A stretch of DNA of 64,000 nt from Actinomycetota bacterium (lineage in GTDB: Bacteria > Actinomycetota > Thermoleophilia > BMS3ABIN01): contig JAMDDD010000006.1 of assembly GCA_023489275.1 (NCBI GenBank), positions 29,504-93,503 on the forward strand, in the 5' to 3' direction. The notes beneath the pieces were generated by a model. It did no database searches and was not told where the DNA came from. It saw only the letters and a list, made by a program, of their open reading frames with translations. Position numbers and translations under genes: made by a program. How positions within the stretch are numbered: position 1 is the stretch's first letter; each line of letters opens with the position of its first letter. Of the stretch, positions 61,927 through 64,000 are shown piece after piece.

Positions 61927-62628
61927 ATGACCCGGCAAATGTTTCATGAAGGACTAGAGCAGCTTAACCAGGAGATCCTTCATCTGGGCAGCCTGGTGGT
62001 GGAGGCGGTTGACCTTTCCACACAATCTCTGTTTACCGGAGACAGAAAGCTGGCCAACAGCGTCATCGCCGGCGACGAAGACATCAACGAGCTCACCCTC
62101 CGGATTGAAGGACGCTGCCTGGCGTTGCAGGCGCGGCAGCAGCCGGTGGCCAAGGACCTGCGGCTGTTGCACGTCTGCCTGCTGGTCAGCCTGCACCTGG
62201 AGCGCATCGGCGATCTGGCCGTCAATATTGCCAAGATCGCCAAGCGCCTGGAGCGAACCAGCGCCGCCGAGCCTTATTTCGACCTGCTGCGCAAAATGTC
62301 GGCGCAGGCGCTGGAGGTACTCCGGCAGGGCATCAAGGCGTTTGCCGACCGTGATGTGGAGCTGGCGGCTTCGCTCGAGGATATTGACGAACCGATCGAT
62401 GAAATGTTCAAAGAAATCCTTTCCCGGCTGCTGCATCCGGAAGAAAAAGACGAAGAGACCTCATCGGAATGGTCTACTCATATCGCGCTGGCCAGCCGCT
62501 ATATCGAACGAATCGCCGATCAGGTGGTTGACATGGGCGCACGGGTCAGTTTTCTGGTCACAGGACAGCTCGATGGTCAATATTTCGACCGGCCGGCGCC
62601 CGACCTCCAGCGCCAGTTCGGACAGTAA
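61927..62628 (+). CDS. phoU: Phosphate signalling complex protein PhoU
   Basis: 233-aa ORF with two PhoU repeats (…EDINELTLRIEGRCL…LERIGDLAVNIAK…; …IDEMFKEI…IERIADQVVDMG…). Confidence 0.9.
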   Translation: MTRQMFHEGLEQLNQEILHLGSLVVEAVDLSTQSLFTGDRKLANSVIAGDEDINELTLRIEGRCLALQARQQPVAKDLRLLHVCLLVSLHLERIGDLAVNIAKIAKRLERTSAAEPYFDLLRKMSAQALEVLRQGIKAFADRDVELAASLEDIDEPIDEMFKEILSRLLHPEEKDEETSSEWSTHIALASRYIERIADQVVDMGARVSFLVTGQLDGQYFDRPAPDLQRQFGQ

Positions 62629-62738
62629 CCCGGCGGCGTTACGTGTCCTTTCGGAATCAAGCTCCAAAGGTCATTCGTAGCGAGGCCCGGCGGACGACAG
62701 CGGACGACAGATTTTAAACCGGTGACAGGAAGGCTGCC

Positions 62739-63968
62739 ATGAGTGGTTTGACAATCATCCTGCTGGTCTTTGTCGCGGCGCTGCTCCTGGCTATTCTGGT
62801 GCTCAGCGCTGTCTTGCTGAGACTGCTAAAGGAGCGCTCAGGCCTGATCGCCGTTCTCGATCCGCCCCATCCCGATCAGCTCCTTGAAACCGCCCGCCGG
62901 CAGCACGAAGCCGCCGCCACCGCCGAAAAATGCGAGCTGGCCGAGCGCCGTCTCCGGCAATTTGTGCTGAACTCTCCAATGCCGGTGTTGCTAATCAACC
63001 AGAGCCGCAGCATCGTGGGGCTCAGCTCTTCCGCCGAAGAGGAGCTGGATCAGCCCCGCATCAACCGCGGCCTGCTGGAGACGCTGGAGAATCATGAGCT
63101 GGACGACGCCGCCGCCGATGCGATTGCCTCGCTAAAGCCGGCCGAGCTGACGGTACGGCTTTACGCCAAGGGCCGCCGGCCCTACCTGGCGCAACTTTTT
63201 CCATTCCGGAACGGGCGGCAGCGCGAATGCCTCATCTTTCTCAAGAATGCCGCCGCCACCGTTGATTTCGGCGAACTGCGCTCGCAATTTGCCGCGACGG
63301 TCTCCCATGAGCTGCGGACACCGCTGGCCGGCATCAGGGCCCTGGTCGAGAGCCTGCGGGATCCCGACATCAACCGTGAAGACGCTGGCCGCTTCCTCGA
63401 CCGTCTCGATCATGAGACGAGCAGGCTGGGACAGCTGATCGACGATATCCTTTTCCTGTCTTCCCTTGAATCCGGGCGCGCCGAGATCCAGGGATCCTCC
63501 CCGGCTCAAGCGGCGCTGGACCGGGTGATGGAAAAGTTGACGCCGCTGGCGGAGCGGTTCGACGTCAAGGTCAGCGCGGAGCTGCCGGCGGAGATCGAAA
63601 TTCCGCTGCCGGAGCGGATGGCGGCCACCGTACTGGGCAACCTTCTCGAGAACGCGATCAAATATAGCGGGCGCGGCTCCCTGGTGAGCGTCAAGGCCGG
63701 GCGCGAAAACAGCTCGGTCTGGGTCGCCGTCAAGGATGACGGCATCGGCATCGACCCGGAGCACCTCCCCCACATCTTTGAGCGGTTTTACCGGGTGGAC
63801 AAGTCCCGAAGCCGGCACCTCGGCGGCACCGGGCTGGGCCTCTCGATCGTCAAGCATGTCGTCGAGAGCGCCGGCGGCGAGGTCGAAGCCGACAGCCGTG
63901 AGGGATTCGGCACCGAGATTACCATCCGCCTCCCTCTGACCCCGGACAAGGAATCCCCGGAAATTTAA
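62739..63968 (+). CDS. phoR: Sensor histidine kinase, PhoR/SenX3-like
   Basis: 409-aa ORF with an N-terminal TM, H-box FAATVSHELRTPLAGI, and N/G boxes LLENAIKYS, DDGIGI and GGTGLGLSIVKH. Follows pstCAB-phoU. No cognate response regulator lies within the window. Confidence 0.75.
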   Translation: MSGLTIILLVFVAALLLAILVLSAVLLRLLKERSGLIAVLDPPHPDQLLETARRQHEAAATAEKCELAERRLRQFVLNSPMPVLLINQSRSIVGLSSSAEEELDQPRINRGLLETLENHELDDAAADAIASLKPAELTVRLYAKGRRPYLAQLFPFRNGRQRECLIFLKNAAATVDFGELRSQFAATVSHELRTPLAGIRALVESLRDPDINREDAGRFLDRLDHETSRLGQLIDDILFLSSLESGRAEIQGSSPAQAALDRVMEKLTPLAERFDVKVSAELPAEIEIPLPERMAATVLGNLLENAIKYSGRGSLVSVKAGRENSSVWVAVKDDGIGIDPEHLPHIFERFYRVDKSRSRHLGGTGLGLSIVKHVVESAGGEVEADSREGFGTEITIRLPLTPDKESPEI

Positions 63969-64000
63969 GAAGCAGATTCAAATCCGGCCGGATTCAGCTT

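Noticed and set aside
62691-62710. A 10-nt tandem duplication, CGGACGACAG x2, upstream of the phoR-like kinase.
   Set aside because: Only two copies, no obvious symmetry and no relation to the Pho-box hexamers. It is probably a slippage duplication, noted for completeness only.

Overview
GC-rich bacterial chromosomal segment with Gram-positive-type synteny. Hdr/Flx and futalosine genes suggest an anaerobe, possibly Actinomycetota-like; that lineage guess is low confidence. Most of the window is core housekeeping DNA. (1) A dcw cell-wall/division cluster on the minus strand runs mraZ-rsmH-ftsL-ftsI-[gap]-murF-mraY-murD-ftsW-murG-murC, with murE missing from its usual slot. (2) A short set follows: TPR protein, PAP2 phosphatase, prepilin peptidase, MBL hydrolase. 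(3) A seven-gene hdrCBA-mvhD-flxCBA-like electron-bifurcation cluster. (4) Futalosine menaquinone genes mqnE-mqnA-mqnC. (5) The conserved rimP-nusA-ylxR-infB-DUF503-rbfA-truB-ribF ... rpsO-pnp-M16 peptidase block, interrupted by a plus-strand YeiH transporter and an orphan sensor kinase. (6) Rhomboid protease, a beta-propeller surface protein, a lipoprotein, a GH3 hexosaminidase, RNase P RNA and a YihY membrane protein. (7) tRNA-Leu(GAG) followed by a roughly 2.4 kb accessory islet with two toxin-antitoxin pairs, a duplicated ~105-nt leader and decayed gene fragments. (8) An ABC-2 exporter, an MFS transporter and the queDCFE preQ0/preQ1 genes. (9) A Pho locus: pstS, ykgJ, pstCAB-phoU and a phoR-like kinase, with two hand-identified Pho-box arrays. 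The most unusual signal is not a gene. At least 15 gene or operon boundaries carry degenerate tandem tracts with strict 7-nt periodicity (units such as ATCCAGC, AACCAGA/GGAAACN, CCTTGAA). Several are arranged as inverted arms, and some are read through as protein tails. Other points of interest are a Cys4 insertion in PNPase, a Cys/Trp-rich module in the orphan kinase, a Cys-His motif plus acidic tail on NusA, and a long structured rpsO-pnp spacer. All calls rest on hand translation, motif recognition and synteny; no database search was possible. Many ORF-track entries are antisense or shadow ORFs typical of GC-rich DNA and were not called.
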